Assembly (NCBI GenBank): GCA_002269645.1
Contig: NIVC01001993.1
Coordinates: 62,001-126,000, forward strand
From: Macrostomum lignano
Taxonomy: Eukaryota
DNA: 64,000 bases
Direction: 5' to 3'
The translations under genes were made by a program, and so were the position numbers. The notes below the pieces were generated by a model, which was not told where the DNA came from, made no database searches, and was given only the letters and a program-made list of their open reading frames with translations. The stretch's first letter is position 1. Every line of letters starts with the position of its first letter. Positions 10,500 to 23,446 of this stretch are shown in pieces.

Positions 10500-12770
10500 T
10501 TAGATTACTGCACTCGATAAGCCAAGGATTATTGCTATTAATAAACCAAGGACTACTGCACTCGATAAACCAAGGACTATTGCTCTTGGCAAACCAAGGA
10601 TTACTGCACTCAAGAAGCCAAGGATTATTGCTATTAATAAACCAAGGATTACTGCACTTGGAAAACCAAGGATTACTGCACTCGATAAACCAAGGACTAT
10701 TGCTCTTGGCAAACCAAGGATTACTGCACTCAAGAAGCCAAGGATTATTGCACTTGGAAAACCAAGGATTACTGCACTCGATAAACCAAGGACTATTGCA
10801 CTTGATAAACCAAGGAATATTGCACTTGATAGGCCAAGGATTACTGCACTTGATAAACCAAGGATTATTGCACTTGATAGGCCAAAGATTACTGCGCTTG
10901 ATAAACCAAGGATTATTGCACTTGATAAACCAAGGATTACTGCACTCGATAAACCAAGGACTATTGCACTTGATAAACCAAGGAATATTGCACTTGATAG
11001 GCCAAGGATTACTGCACTTGATAAACCAAGGATTATTGCACTTGATAGGCCAAAGATTACTGCGCTTGATAAACCAAGGATTATTGCACTTGATAAACCA
11101 AGGATTATTGCACTTGATAAGCCAAGGATTACTGCGCTTGATAAACCAAGGATTATTGCACTTGATAAACAAAGGATTATTGCACTTGATAAACAAAGGA
11201 TTATTGCACTTGATAAACAAAGGATTATTGCACTTGATAAACCAAGGATTATTGCACTTGATAAGCCAAGGATTATTGCACTTGATAAGCCATGGATTAT
11301 TGCACTTGATAGTAAAGAATGTTGCACTTGATAAGCCAAGGATTAATGCACTGGATTATTCAAGGATTATTGATATTAATAAACCAAGGACTACTCCACT
11401 CGATAAACCAAGGATTATTGCTCTTAATAAACCAAGGATTACTGCACTTGGAAAACTAAGGATTACTGCACTCGATAAACCAAAGACTATTGCACTTGAT
11501 AAACCAAGGATTATTGCACTTGATAGGCCAAGGATTACTGCACTTGATAAACCAAGGATTATTGCACTTGATAGGCCAAAAATTACTGCGCTTGATAAAC
11601 CAAGGATTATTGCACTTGATAAACCAAGGATTATTGCACTTGATAAGCCAAGGATTATTGCACTTGATAAACCAATGATTATTGCAGTTGATAAGCCAAG
11701 GATTATTGCATCTGATAAACCAAAGATTATTGCACTTGATAAACCAAGGATTATTGCACTTGATAAACAAAGGATTATTGCACTTGATAGGCCAAAGATT
11801 ACTGCGCTTGATAAACCAAGGATTATTGCACTTGATAAACCAAGGATTATTGCTCTTGGCAAACCAAGGATTACTGCACTCGATAAGCCAAGGATTATTG
11901 CTCTTAATAAACCAAGGATTACTGCACTTGGAAAACTAAGGATTACTGCACTCGATAAACTAAGGATTATTGCTCTTGGCAAACCAAGGATTATTGCACT
12001 TGATAGGCCAAGGATTACTGCACTTGATAAACCAAGGATTATTGCACTTGATAAACCAAGGATTATTGCACTTGATAAGCCAAGGATTATTGCACTTGAT
12101 AGGCCAAGGATTACTGCGCTTGATAAACCAAGGATTATTGCACTTGATAAACCAAGGATTATTGCAGTTAATAAGCCAAGGATTATTGCACTTGATAAAC
12201 CAAGGATTATTACACTTGATAAACCAAGGATTATTGCACTTGATAAACCAAGGATTATTGCACTTGATAGGCCAAGGATTACTGCACTTGATAAACCAAG
12301 GATTATTGCACTTGATAGGCCAAAGATTACTGCGCTTGATAAACCAAGGATTATTGCAGTTGATAAGCCAAGGATTATTGCACTTGATAAACCAAGGATT
12401 ATTTCACTTGATAAACCAAGGATTATTGCACTTGATAAACAAATATTGCACTTGATAAACCAAGGATTATTGCACCTGATAAGCCAAGGATTACTGCGCT
12501 AGATAAACCAAGGATTATTGCACTTGATAAACCAAGCATTATTGCACTTAATAAACCAAGGATTATTGCACTTGATAAACCAAGGATTATTGCACTTGAT
12601 AAACAAAGGATTATTGCACTTGATAAACCAAGGATTATTGCACTTTATAAGCCAAAGATTACTGCACTTGATAAACCAAGGATTATTGCACTTGATAAAC
12701 CAAGGATTATTGCACTTGATTAATCAAGGATTATTGCTATTAATAAACCAAGGATTATTGCACTAGCTGA
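10500..12770. repeat. 24-bp minisatellite, about 95 copies
   Basis: Unit TTGCACTTGATAAACCAAGGATTA; it produces the 8-aa-periodic pseudo-ORFs LHLINQGL, IALDKPRI and LSSAIILG. Confidence 0.95.
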
Positions 12771-12889
12771 GAAGCTGATTACTGCGCTGTCTAAAAAAGA
12801 GATTATTGCGCTCGCTGAGACGTGGATTGTTGCACAACCTGAGAAAGCGATTATTGCATTAGTGGAAGTAACATTTGCACTAGCTACTT

Positions 12890-13225
12890 GCTGTCTCGTG
12901 GATGCTTGCTCTCGAGGGGGGATACTTGCTATTTGGGAGAGGGGGTACTGGCTACATGCATGGGATTCTTTCTATCCAGGGATGCTTGCTATTCAGGGAT
13001 TCTTGCTATCTGCAGGATGCTTGCTATTTAGGGATTCTTGCTATCTGCAGGATGCTTGCTATCTGGGTGGATGCTTCTATAATATCTGGGGGGTGCTTGC
13101 TAATCTGCAGATGCTTGCTATCTGTGGTGATTCTTGCTATGAGCATTAGAGGATGCTTGCTATCTGCGATTGTTCACTTTTGGAGGGGGTTGCTTGCTGT
13201 CTTGGGAATATTTTCTATTTAGGGA
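12890..13225. repeat. Degenerate short-unit tandem repeat (GGAT(G/T)CTTGCTAT core)
   Basis: GGATGCTTGCTAT and GGATTCTTGCTAT recur roughly every 16-19 bp. Confidence 0.7.
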
Positions 13226-15405
13226 AACGATATTTTGTTGACTGTTTGTTAATTTTAGAGAAAAAGTGATTTTTTAATTTTGCAAACATCTTAGTCCGTG
13301 ACAATTTTACACGAATAAGGTGATTTTTAAAATGTGAAGAAGGAATTAGTGTTTAAGAAAATGTGTTTTTTTATTGTTTTCCATGAACTATTTTTGCTCC
13401 TTTCTTATTGGGCGCCCCGAAGGGGGGCCGCACTAGATTGCTAGTCCCTAACACACTAACAGTCTAACACTAACACCTAGAACACATAGAACAGTACACT
13501 AACAGTCAACATAGGCCTAGCCTAGTTGACGAATGGAAAGTTTATGGATAAACTAGGCCCCTGCGGCCCTCCCGTAGCCCCTAGCTAAGCTTTACTGCTT
13601 TAGGGACGGGACTTATCTGGCTATCTCCATATATGATGATATGGCACATCGACCTGTCATTGTATTATATCATATACTATATGATTTGATACGACTATAT
13701 TGATATGAACGCTATTAGATTATAGGCCTTCAGGCCTAGTGCTTACTGAAATTTAAAATTTTAAACACATCTATAGATCATCTAAGCTGGTATTTTAAAT
13801 AAATAGCTTTAATTTTATTTGTCCATTTAGGCCTATTCTCTACTCTTTACTGCTCTGGTCTCTGGTGTCATTGTGAGGTAGCCTAGGGTAGAATAATGGA
13901 TAGGATCACAATCCTAGTCCTAGGCATAAAATCCCAAGATCCCATCTAAACTAGGCTAGGCCTAGGGATCCAAATCCTAACCCAAGTCTTCAACTTCATC
14001 TTGTTCTTGTTTCTTATATAGCCTATCTATATCAATATGCTTTTAAATTACTTTTACTTATACTTTTGCATATACAAAAGCAGTGTTAAATAATTTTCAA
14101 CCAAGGTCTTATCTAGCAAGCTCTAACATTAGTTTAATTACAAATGATCTAATCTTGAATATTATTTTTGGGTTTATAAAAAGTTTATGATAGGCCTAGG
14201 CCTATCTATATTATTAATATTATTTAAGAGGTAGGCCTCTTTCTTATTACACAATTATTCTACAAAACTAGGCCTATTACTTTCAAATCTATGCAAATCT
14301 AAGAAAAACACTTTTTTGTTATACTGTATGCTTTTTCTAAAATGTTTTGACAATTTAATTATTTGTTTAAAATGATACAAAAATATATTATAAATAGAAG
14401 CAAATTTTGGTGCTAGAAGACCAACTTTCCTCCTGCAATTAAAGCAATATAATATTGTAAGGAAATTGAAAAGTGTTCCAAGCAGCTGTTTTCTAAGTTA
14501 TTAACTTGCAAAAGAGAAGTGAAATGGCAGAGAGCATATACAGTATATACTCCTAAAAAATAGAAGTAGTTAGGAGACAAAGTAGATCCTAGCAATATAT
14601 AGAAAACTATGGAGGCTGTGACCCTTTGATCTTAGTAATGCCTAGGATTAGAAATACATAAAGTATATATACCAGTAGACCAATATACCACTTAGGCTAG
14701 AATAACAGTAAATGCTACCAAAATAACAGAAGAATAATACTTGTAAGGGCTAAATAGTATTCTAAGTATAATTCACAGACCAAGTACTCAGACTTATGCT
14801 TAGATTAAAAACTTAGACAAATACTCAGATATATACTCAGACTGATTCTAAGAAACATTTCTCAGATTATTCTAGGATAATAAATTTATAATAGAATAGT
14901 CTTGGTAGCAGCTACCAGCATTAAGAAATTAATAGAGATAAAAGTAAAGCCCTGTAACAACTTTGGTGACATCAGTAGGATTTATAAAAGAGAGAACAAA
15001 GAGCACTGTTACAACTTTGGTAACAGCGGTGGGATCATTCATAAAGACAGAAGAAATACCCCTGTTACATTTAATTAGCTTCAATAACCCCTTTAAAGTT
15101 TAGAAACTAAAATTCTAAAGAATATTTAGGCCTATATAAAAATAATTACTTTATAGGTCAGAATAAACTATAAAGTCAATGTTTTCTTTAAGGTTAATAT
15201 TTTTATTCAAATACTAAAATTCTAAATACATAATTAAGTACTTTATGTATTTAATATGTATACTCTGTATTTAATATGTATTGCTTAATATGTATTAAGC
15301 AATATATATTTATCATGCCCATTTGAATTTATATATATGTAAATAATTAAATTCTTTCTATTACTGCAAACTGTAAACAGTCACTAAGAAAGCCAATTAA
15401 TTACA

Positions 15406-18400
15406 ATGGATGCTCGAGTGCTCTCTATTCAAAGTCATGTTGTTCATGGTTTTGCTGGCAATCGAAGTGCAATTTTCCCTTTGCAAGTAAGCTTTTTATT
15501 AGTTTGTTTTTTAGTTGTATGAGTTCTTATTTGTGCCTTATTAATTAGTTAATTTAAGCATTTTGGCCATTTGTTAGGTTTTAGGCTTTGATGTGGACTT
15601 TATCAATACTGTGCAATTCTCTAACCACACAGGTAAGCTTGCTTTAGTCATGCTGCAATTTGTTTTGCCACCAAATCCTTGATTAAATTTCTATTATTTT
15701 ATAGCTTATCCAGTGTTCAAAGGAGACCGACTGTCCACAGACCAGCTGAAGGAGTTGTACAGTGCTCTGGCTGAGAACAGCATTGATAATTACAGCTATG
15801 TGCTGACAGGTAGGAAACCCCAGGTTTCCATTAGTTTCATGCATGTTGCGATTTAGGGATGCATTATTTTTTGTGTACGAATTTCTCCACTCCAGGCTTC
15901 TGTTTCTCGGCTGATCTGCTTAAAGAAATTCTGGAAATTGTTCGACACCAGAAGAAGAAAAATCCAAAGCTGCTGTACTGTAAGATGGGTCTCTACATTT
16001 AATAAAAGAAAATTATGCTAAGCTACTTATTAAGTAGTAATAAATGATGATTAGTTTAATGCCGTTTCAGTTTGCGACCCTGTGCTCGGCGACAATGGCA
16101 AGTTTGTAAGCGAATGGCGCTACTAAACTCTTATTTTTAGTTTTTTGTTTTTACTAGTTCCTGTTTAGTTATTAGGGTAATTTTTACAAACGCGAAATTT
16201 CACATGGTTGTAGACAGTCAACTTCATAAGCTTCTAAAATTTACTAGTAGTTCGAAAATTCGTGAAATTGTAAAATTTCGAGCCTGCGAGGTTTAAAGCT
16301 TGTGAAGATTCCAGCTTGTGGAGATTAAAGCTTGTGAAGTTTTGAGTTTGTGAAGATTCGAGCTTATGAATATTCGATCTTGTGAAGATTCGAGCTTGTG
16401 AAGTTTCGAGTTTGTGAATATTCGAGCTTGTGAATATTCGAACTTGTGAATATTCGATCTTGTGAATATTCGATATTGTGAATATTCGATCTTGTGAATA
16501 TTAGATATTGTGAATATTCGATCTTGTGAATATTCGATCTTGTGGACCCCCTGTGGCCCTGTTATATTAATGCGCATGTGATTTGTTTATCATAAACATT
16601 GCAGTACGTGCCAGAGGAACTAGTGCCAGCCTTTAAAGAGGCCTTGGAAGTGGCCGATTTTCTAACGCCGAACCAATTCGAATTGCAGTAAGATTAATTT
16701 TGTTAAACTTGTTCGCTTGCTATGCAGCTTTGGAAGCAATTAGTGTTAACTGGGTGAGATCTTAGCGCCGCAGATGAGATCTTAGCGGCGCAGGTGAGAT
16801 CTTAGCACCAAAGATGAGATCTTAGCGCCAACGGTGAGATCTTAGCATTAAAGATGGGATCTTAGCGCCGCAGATGAGATCTTAGCGCCAACGGTGAGAT
16901 CTTAGCATTTAAGATGGGATCTTAGCATTAAAGATGAAATCTTAGCGCCGCAGATGAGATCTTAGCGCCAACGGTGAGATCTTAGCATTTAAGATGGGAT
17001 CTTAGCATTAAAGATGAAATCTTAGCGCCGCAGATGAGATCTTAGCGCCAAAGTTGAGACCTTAGCGCTGCAGGTAAGACGTTAGCTTGTATGCCTTTAA
17101 GGCAAGAGTATATTAAAATGACAATTCTGTATGGAAATTTAAAACAGTTAACGAAAGAAGCAATACAATTAAATTTTTACTACTTCACATGAGTAGTGAA
17201 CTTCACATTTTTGAAGTTTTTCAATTTTTTCTAATTTCTTTCGCCACCCCGCCAATGCAGACAACTGTCCGGTTTGCCCGTCACAGACGAGCCTTCCGCT
17301 CTGGCGGCCATCGACACCCTGATGCGTTCTCACGCGAATTTGAAATTCGTCTGTCTGACCAGTACAGACTTTGGCGACGCTAACGGCATTCTGCACGGTC
17401 TGGCCGTGGCTCGCGGAAGCGGTGAGGGTAGTGTACAGCGGCTGCGCTACCAGATGCCTCGCCTCGCCGAGTCATTCGTTGGCACCGGGGATCTGTTCAC
17501 TGCGCTGTTGCTAGCTTGGAATCATAAGCTGCCGGATAATCCCAAGCTGGTGCTGGAGAGAGTCATATCTACTGTGTACACTGTGCTGCTGGCTACCGTT
17601 GACTACATTAAGGTGAGTCCGCGGGTTTACGACTGAAATCTGTGTCTCAGTGGCTGGAGTGACATCTGCCTGTCAGTAGCTGGAGAGAGTGACATCTGTG
17701 TGTCAGTAGCTGGAGAGAGTGACATCTGTGTGTCAGTAGCTGGAGAGAGTGGCATCTGTGTGTCAGTAGCTGAAGAGAGTGACTTCTGTGTGTCAGTAGC
17801 TGAAGAGAGTGACATCTGTGTGTCAGTAGCTGAAGAGAGTGACTTCTGTTTGTCAGTAGCTGGAGAGAGTGACATCTGTGTGTCAGTACCAACAGAGAGT
17901 GACATCTGTGTGTCAGTAGCTGAAGAGAGTGACTTCTGTTTGTCAGTAGCTGGAGAGAGTGACATCTGTGTGTCAGTAGCTGGAGAGAGTGACATCTGCC
18001 TGTCAGTACCAACAGAGAGTGACATCTGTGTGTCAGTAGCTGGAGAGAGTGACATCTGTGTGTCAGTAGCTGGAGAGAGTGACATCTGTGTGTCAGTAGC
18101 TGGAGAGAGTGGCATCTGTGTGTCAGTAGCTGAAGAGAGTGACTTCTGTTTGTCAGTAGCTGGAGAGAGTGACATCTGTGTGTCAGTAGCTGAAGAGAGT
18201 GACTTCTGTTTGTCAGTAGCTGGAGAGAGTGACATCTGTGTGTCAGTAGCTGGGGAGAGTGACATCTGCCTGTCAGTACCAACAGAGAGTGACATCTGTG
18301 TGTCAGTAGCTGGAGAGAGTGACATCTGTGTGTCAGTAGCTGGAGAGAGTGGCATCTGTGTGTCAGTAGCTAAAGAGAGTGACTTCTGTGTGTCAGTAGC

Positions 18401-18985
18401 TGAAGAGAGTGACTTCTGTTTGTCAGTAGCTGGAGAGAGTGACATCTGTGTGTCAGTACCAACAGAGAGTGACATCTGTGTGTCAGTAGCTGAAGAGAGT
18501 GACTTCTGTTTGTCAGTAGCTGGAGAGTGACATCTGTGTGTCAGTAGCTGGAGAGAGTGACTTCTGTTTGTCAGTAGCTGGAGTGAGTGACATCTGTGTG
18601 TCAGTAGCTGGAGAAAGTGGCATCTGTGTGTCAGTAGCTGGAGAGAGTGACATCTGAATGTCAGTAGCTGGAGAGAGTGACATCTGAATGTCAGTAGCTG
18701 AAGAGAGTGACATGTGTGTCAGTAGCTGGAGTGAGTGACATCTGCCTGTCAGTGCCAACAGAGAGTGAATCTGGTGTTCACCTCCAAATGCGTAGCCATG
18801 TGCCAATCTATGCACCAACTCAGGTCCGCCGCAACTGCGGCAGCTGCGGCTCCGGCGGTCCGCAGCCCAGCGGCTGCCAGCAGCAGCAGTCGCCCTGGGC
18901 AGTGCGAGAGCTGCGCCTCGTGCAGAGCCGGTCAGCTATAGAACGGCCGCCGCCTCCGCCTACCAGCTGGGTTCAACTGATCTGA
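15406..18985 (+). CDS. PDXK: Pyridoxal kinase (ribokinase family), 8 exons, 318 aa
   Basis: Exons 15406-15486, 15578-15632, 15705-15809, 15896-15979, 16071-16105, 16605-16687, 17261-17612, 18824-18985 (957 nt, all GT-AG, phases consistent). Motifs [49 protein letters not shown]. Confidence 0.97.
16285..16545. repeat. 16-bp minisatellite in PDXK intron 5
   Basis: TTGTGAATATTCGATC repeats. Confidence 0.85.
16755..17085. repeat. 20-bp minisatellite in PDXK intron 6
   Basis: GAGATCTTAGCGCCGCAGAT; CTTAGC recurs at 16781, 16801, 16821, 16841. Confidence 0.9.
17650..18765. repeat. 30-bp minisatellite in PDXK intron 7, about 37 copies
   Basis: GTGACATCTGTGTGTCAGTAGCTGGAGAGA. Confidence 0.95.
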
Positions 18986-19470
18986 CCGATTATCGCCATC
19001 TAGTTCAAGTTGATTGAACATTCCCAGATGCTGGAGAGCCGCTTGTTGAGTCGGTGTAAATTTTTAATTCGTTTTTTTTGTTACAACGAGCTACTACTAG
19101 TAGTTAAAATGATTATAACTGTCTTTTAAGCAAACTTTTGTTGATTTTTATTCATTCAATTTTCTATCTATTTGCTAGCATTTTGTATTGCGATTGTTTT
19201 TTTATTTTTTTCTGTTTCTATTCAGTTCATTCGTATCACGCTTTATAAAAAAAACTGGTATTACTTTTAGTAGTATGAAGTATTGTAGAAGTGCGTATTT
19301 TTATAGTTTTAATTTAAAAAAATTACTGGTCCGATCATGTTTTCTATTACTCAACCTTTTTTCAAAAGCTTCTCTTTATGGGTCAACAAATTTTGATAAT
19401 GAAATTTTGCTGCATTGCATTATAAAAAATGTACTTGCGCCACTTGCTTCATTTTAAACTCTAAAATATT

Positions 19471-22400
19471 TTAAGAATGGCCCTGCAATCCTTTAAGAGT
19501 GGCCCTGCAATCCTTTAAGAATGGCCCTGCAATCCTTTAAGAATGGCCCTGCAATCCTTTAAGAATCGCCCTGCAATCCTTTAAGAATGGCTCTGCAATC
19601 CTTTAAGAATGGCTCTGCAATCCTTTAAGAGTGGCCCTGCAATCCTTTAAGAATGGCCCTGCAATCCTTTAAGAATGGCCCTGCAATCCTTTAAGAATGG
19701 CCCTGCGATCCTTTAAGAATGGCCCTGCAATCCTTTAAGAATGGCCCTGCAATCCTTTAAGAGTGGCCCTGAATCCTTTAAGAGTGGCCCTGCAATCCTT
19801 TAAGAGTGGCCCTGCAATCCTTTAAGAATGGCCCTGCAATCCTTTAAGAGTGGCCCTGCAATCCTTTAAGAGTGGCCCTGCAATCCTTTAAGAATGGCCC
19901 TGCAATCCTTTAAGAGTGGCCCTGCAGTCCTTTAAGAATGACCCTGCAATCCTTTAAGAATGGCCCTGCAATCCTTTAAGAATGGCCCTGCAATCCTTTA
20001 AGAGTGGCCCTGAATCCTTTAAGAGTGGCCCTGCGATCCTTTAAGAGTGGCCCTGCAATCCTTTAAGAATGGCCCTGCAATCCTTTAAGAGTGGCCCTGA
20101 ATCCTTTAAGAGTGGCCCTGCGATCCTTTAAGAATGACCCTGCAATCCTTTAAGAATGGCCCTGCAATCCTTTAAGAATGGCCCTGCAATCCTTTAAGAA
20201 TGGCCCTGCAATCCTTTAAGAATGGCCCTGCGATCCTTTAAGAGTGGCCCTGCAATCCTTTAAGAATCGCCCTGCAGTCCTTTAAGAATGGCCCTGCGAT
20301 CCTTTTAAGAATGGCCCTGCAATCCTTTAAGAATGGCCCTGCGATCCTTTAAGAGTGGCCCTGCAATCCTTTAAGAATGGCCCTGCAATCCTTTAAGAGT
20401 GGCCCCGCAATCCTTTAAGAATGGCCCTGCAATCCTTTAAGAATGGCCCTGCAATCCTTTAAGAATGGCCCCGCAATCCTTTAAGAGTGGCCCTGCAATC
20501 CTTTAAGAATGGCCCTGCAATCCTTTAAGAATGGCCCTGCAATCCTTTAAGAATGGCCCTGCAATCCTTTAAGAATGGCCCCGCAATCCTTTAAGAGTGG
20601 CCCTGCAATCCTTTAAGAATGGCCCTGCAATCCTTTAAGAATGGCCCTGCAATCCTTTAAGAATGGCCCTGCAATCCTTTAAGAATGGCCCTGCAATCCT
20701 TTAAGAATGGCCCTGCAATCCTTTAAGAAAGAATGGCCCTGCAATCCTTTAAGAATGGCCCTGCAATCCTTTAAGAATGGCCCTGCAATCCTTTAAGAAT
20801 GGCCCCGCAATCCTTTAAGAATGGCCCTGCAATCCTTTAAGAATGGCCCTGCAATCCTTTAAGAAAGAATGGCCCTGCAATCCTTTAAGAATGGCCCTGC
20901 AATCCTTTAAGAATCGCCCTGCAATCCTTTAAGAAAGAATGGCCCTACAATCCTTTAAGAATGGCCCTGCAATCCTTTAAGAAAGAATGGCCCTGCAATC
21001 CTTTAAGAATGGCCCTGCAATCCTTTAAGAATGGCCCTGCAATCCTTTGAGAATGGCCCTGCAATCCTTTAAGAATGGCCCTGCAATCCTTTAAGAATTG
21101 CCCTGCAATCCTTTAAGAATGGCCCTGCAATCCTTTAAGAATGGCCCTGCAATCCTTTAAGAATGGCCCTGCAATCCTTTAAGAATGGCCCTGCAATCCT
21201 TTAAGAGTGGCCCTGCAATCCTTTAAGAATGGCCCTGCAATCCTTTAAGAATGGCCCTGCAATCCTTTGAGAATGGCCCTGCAATCCTTTAAGAATGGCC
21301 CTGCAATCCTTTAAGAATGGCCCTGCAATCCTTTAAGAATGGCCCTGCAATCCTTTAAGAGTGGCCCTGCAATCCTTTAAGAATGGCCCTGCAATCCTTT
21401 AAGAAAGAATGGCCCTGCAATCCTTTAAGAATGGCCCTGCAATCCTTTAAGAATGGCCCTGCAATCCTTTAAGAATGGCCCTGCAATCCTTTAAGAATGG
21501 CCCTGCAATCCTTTAAGAATGGCCCTGCGATCCTTTAAGAATGGCCCCACAATCCTTTAAGAAAGAATGGCCCTGCAATCCTTTAAGAATGGCCCTGCAA
21601 TCCTTTAAGAAAGAATGGCCCTGCAATCCTTTAAGAATGGCCCTGCAATCCTTTAAGAATGGCCCTGCAATCCTTTAAGAATGGCCCTGCAATCCTTTAA
21701 GAAAGAATGGCCCTGCAATCCTTTAAGAATGGCCCTGCAATCCTTTAAGAATGGCCCTGCAATCCTTTAAGAATGGCCCTGCAATCCTTTAAGAGTGGCC
21801 CTGCAATCCTTTAAGAATGGCCCTGCAATCCTTTAAGAATGGCCCTGCAATCCTTTAAGAAAGAATGGCCCTGCAATCCTTTAAGAATGGCCCTGCAATC
21901 CTTTAAGAATGGCCCTGCAATCCTTTAAGAATGGCCCTGCAATCCTTTAAGAATGGCCCCGCAATCCTTTAAGAATGGCCCTGCGATCCTTTAAGAATGG
22001 CCCCGCAATCTTTTAAGAATGGCCCTGCAATCCTTTAAGAATGGCCCCGCAATCCTTTAAGAATGGCCCCGCAATCCTTTAAGAAAGAATGGCCCTGCAA
22101 TCCTTTAAGAATGGCCCCGCAATCCTTTAAGAAAGAATGGCCCTGCAATCCTTTAAGAATGGCCCTGCAATCCTTTAAGAATGGCCCTGCAATCCTTTAA
22201 GAATGGCCCTGCAATCCTTTAAGAAAGAATGGCCCTGCAATCCTTTAAGAATGGCCCCGCAATCTTTTAAGAATGGCCCTGCAATCCTTTAAGAATGGCC
22301 CCGCAATCCTTTAAGAATGGCCCCGCAATCCTTTAAGAAAGAATGGCCCTGCAATCCTTTAAGAATGGCCCCGCAATCCTTTAAGAAAGAATGGCCCTGC

Positions 22401-22491
22401 AATCCTTTAAGAATGGCCCTGCAATCCTTTAAGAATGGCCCTGCAATCCTTTAAGAATGGCCCTGCAATCCTTTAAGAAAGAATGGCCCTG
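19471..22491 (+). repeat. 22-bp satellite, left array, about 137 copies
   Basis: AAGAATGGCCCTGCAATCCTTT; +4-nt (AAAG) variants appear from about 20730 inward. Confidence 0.97.
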
Positions 22492-23446
22492 CTTGAAGAT
22501 TTTCTTTTTGCCTCGTCACCAGTCGCTCCTATTTAATCTCGCAAGTCCTTATTATTTGCCTTAATTTACGAGTATAATAAACAGTAGCGCATGTAAAAAG
22601 GCTTGCTCATATATTTTAGCCACTTTCATTCATACTCTGACTGCTTAGTTTCGTACGTTTGAATTTTTATACATACCAATTCATCCTATCGCTCAGCTCC
22701 CTGCATAGGCTCTGCCATCTAGTTTTTTGTCTTCTTAACATCCGACTGCTCCAATGGAAGAGTTTTACCGCCAAATTTATTCAGTTTGCAAAGCTGGCTA
22801 CGCGCCTCTGTTAATATTTGCCTTTTTGCCAAAATGAAACGCTATAAATGTTGACTTGATGCGTACATACTACTTAAAGCCCATAAAATCAATATCAGCG
22901 TCTGTTTGGAGTTTTTCGGATAAATTAAGGATTAGTTTAGTGAGCTGGCTGCTGCATAAGTGATTTTTGGTTTTATCGACCGGTGCCTCCGGTGCTTCCA
23001 GTGTCCGCGGCTTTTGTTTACCTGTAGCTGATTCTACAGATAAGCTAGTTTGGCGAATTCAATTTACTGTAGTGTTTCAAATACATCAGCATGCGCAACA
23101 AAATTTATATTGAAATCGCCTGTTGCCGATCAATGAATTGCTGTTCAATCTCACAAATCCGTCATTTTGATTGTCTAATTTTTACGATTGAAGAAAATAA
23201 TGATGAAAGAAACAGTTTATTTCTGGTGAAGCTATTGCTTCTTAAATTTTTAAAATACTATACATTCCTTTTATTATTTATATTTATAACATGCAAATTT
23301 TCAGTGCAAAACGAGAAGATTTCGATAGTCAAATGCAGATAATATTTACAGATGAAATACAAAATACGAAATGTTTTAACATACTGTATATGCATCTAGC
23401 AGTCAGTGATTATACAGTCATTGACAGAGAAAAGCGCACATGATGC

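Noticed and set aside
10486-12766. 656-aa LRR-looking ORF and its neighbours
   Set aside because: Stop-free frames of a 24-bp satellite; the reading switches between LHLINQGL and IALDKPRI registers with no N-terminal or splice context.
17627-18818. [20 protein letters not shown] and related ORFs
   Set aside because: 30-bp array inside PDXK intron 7.
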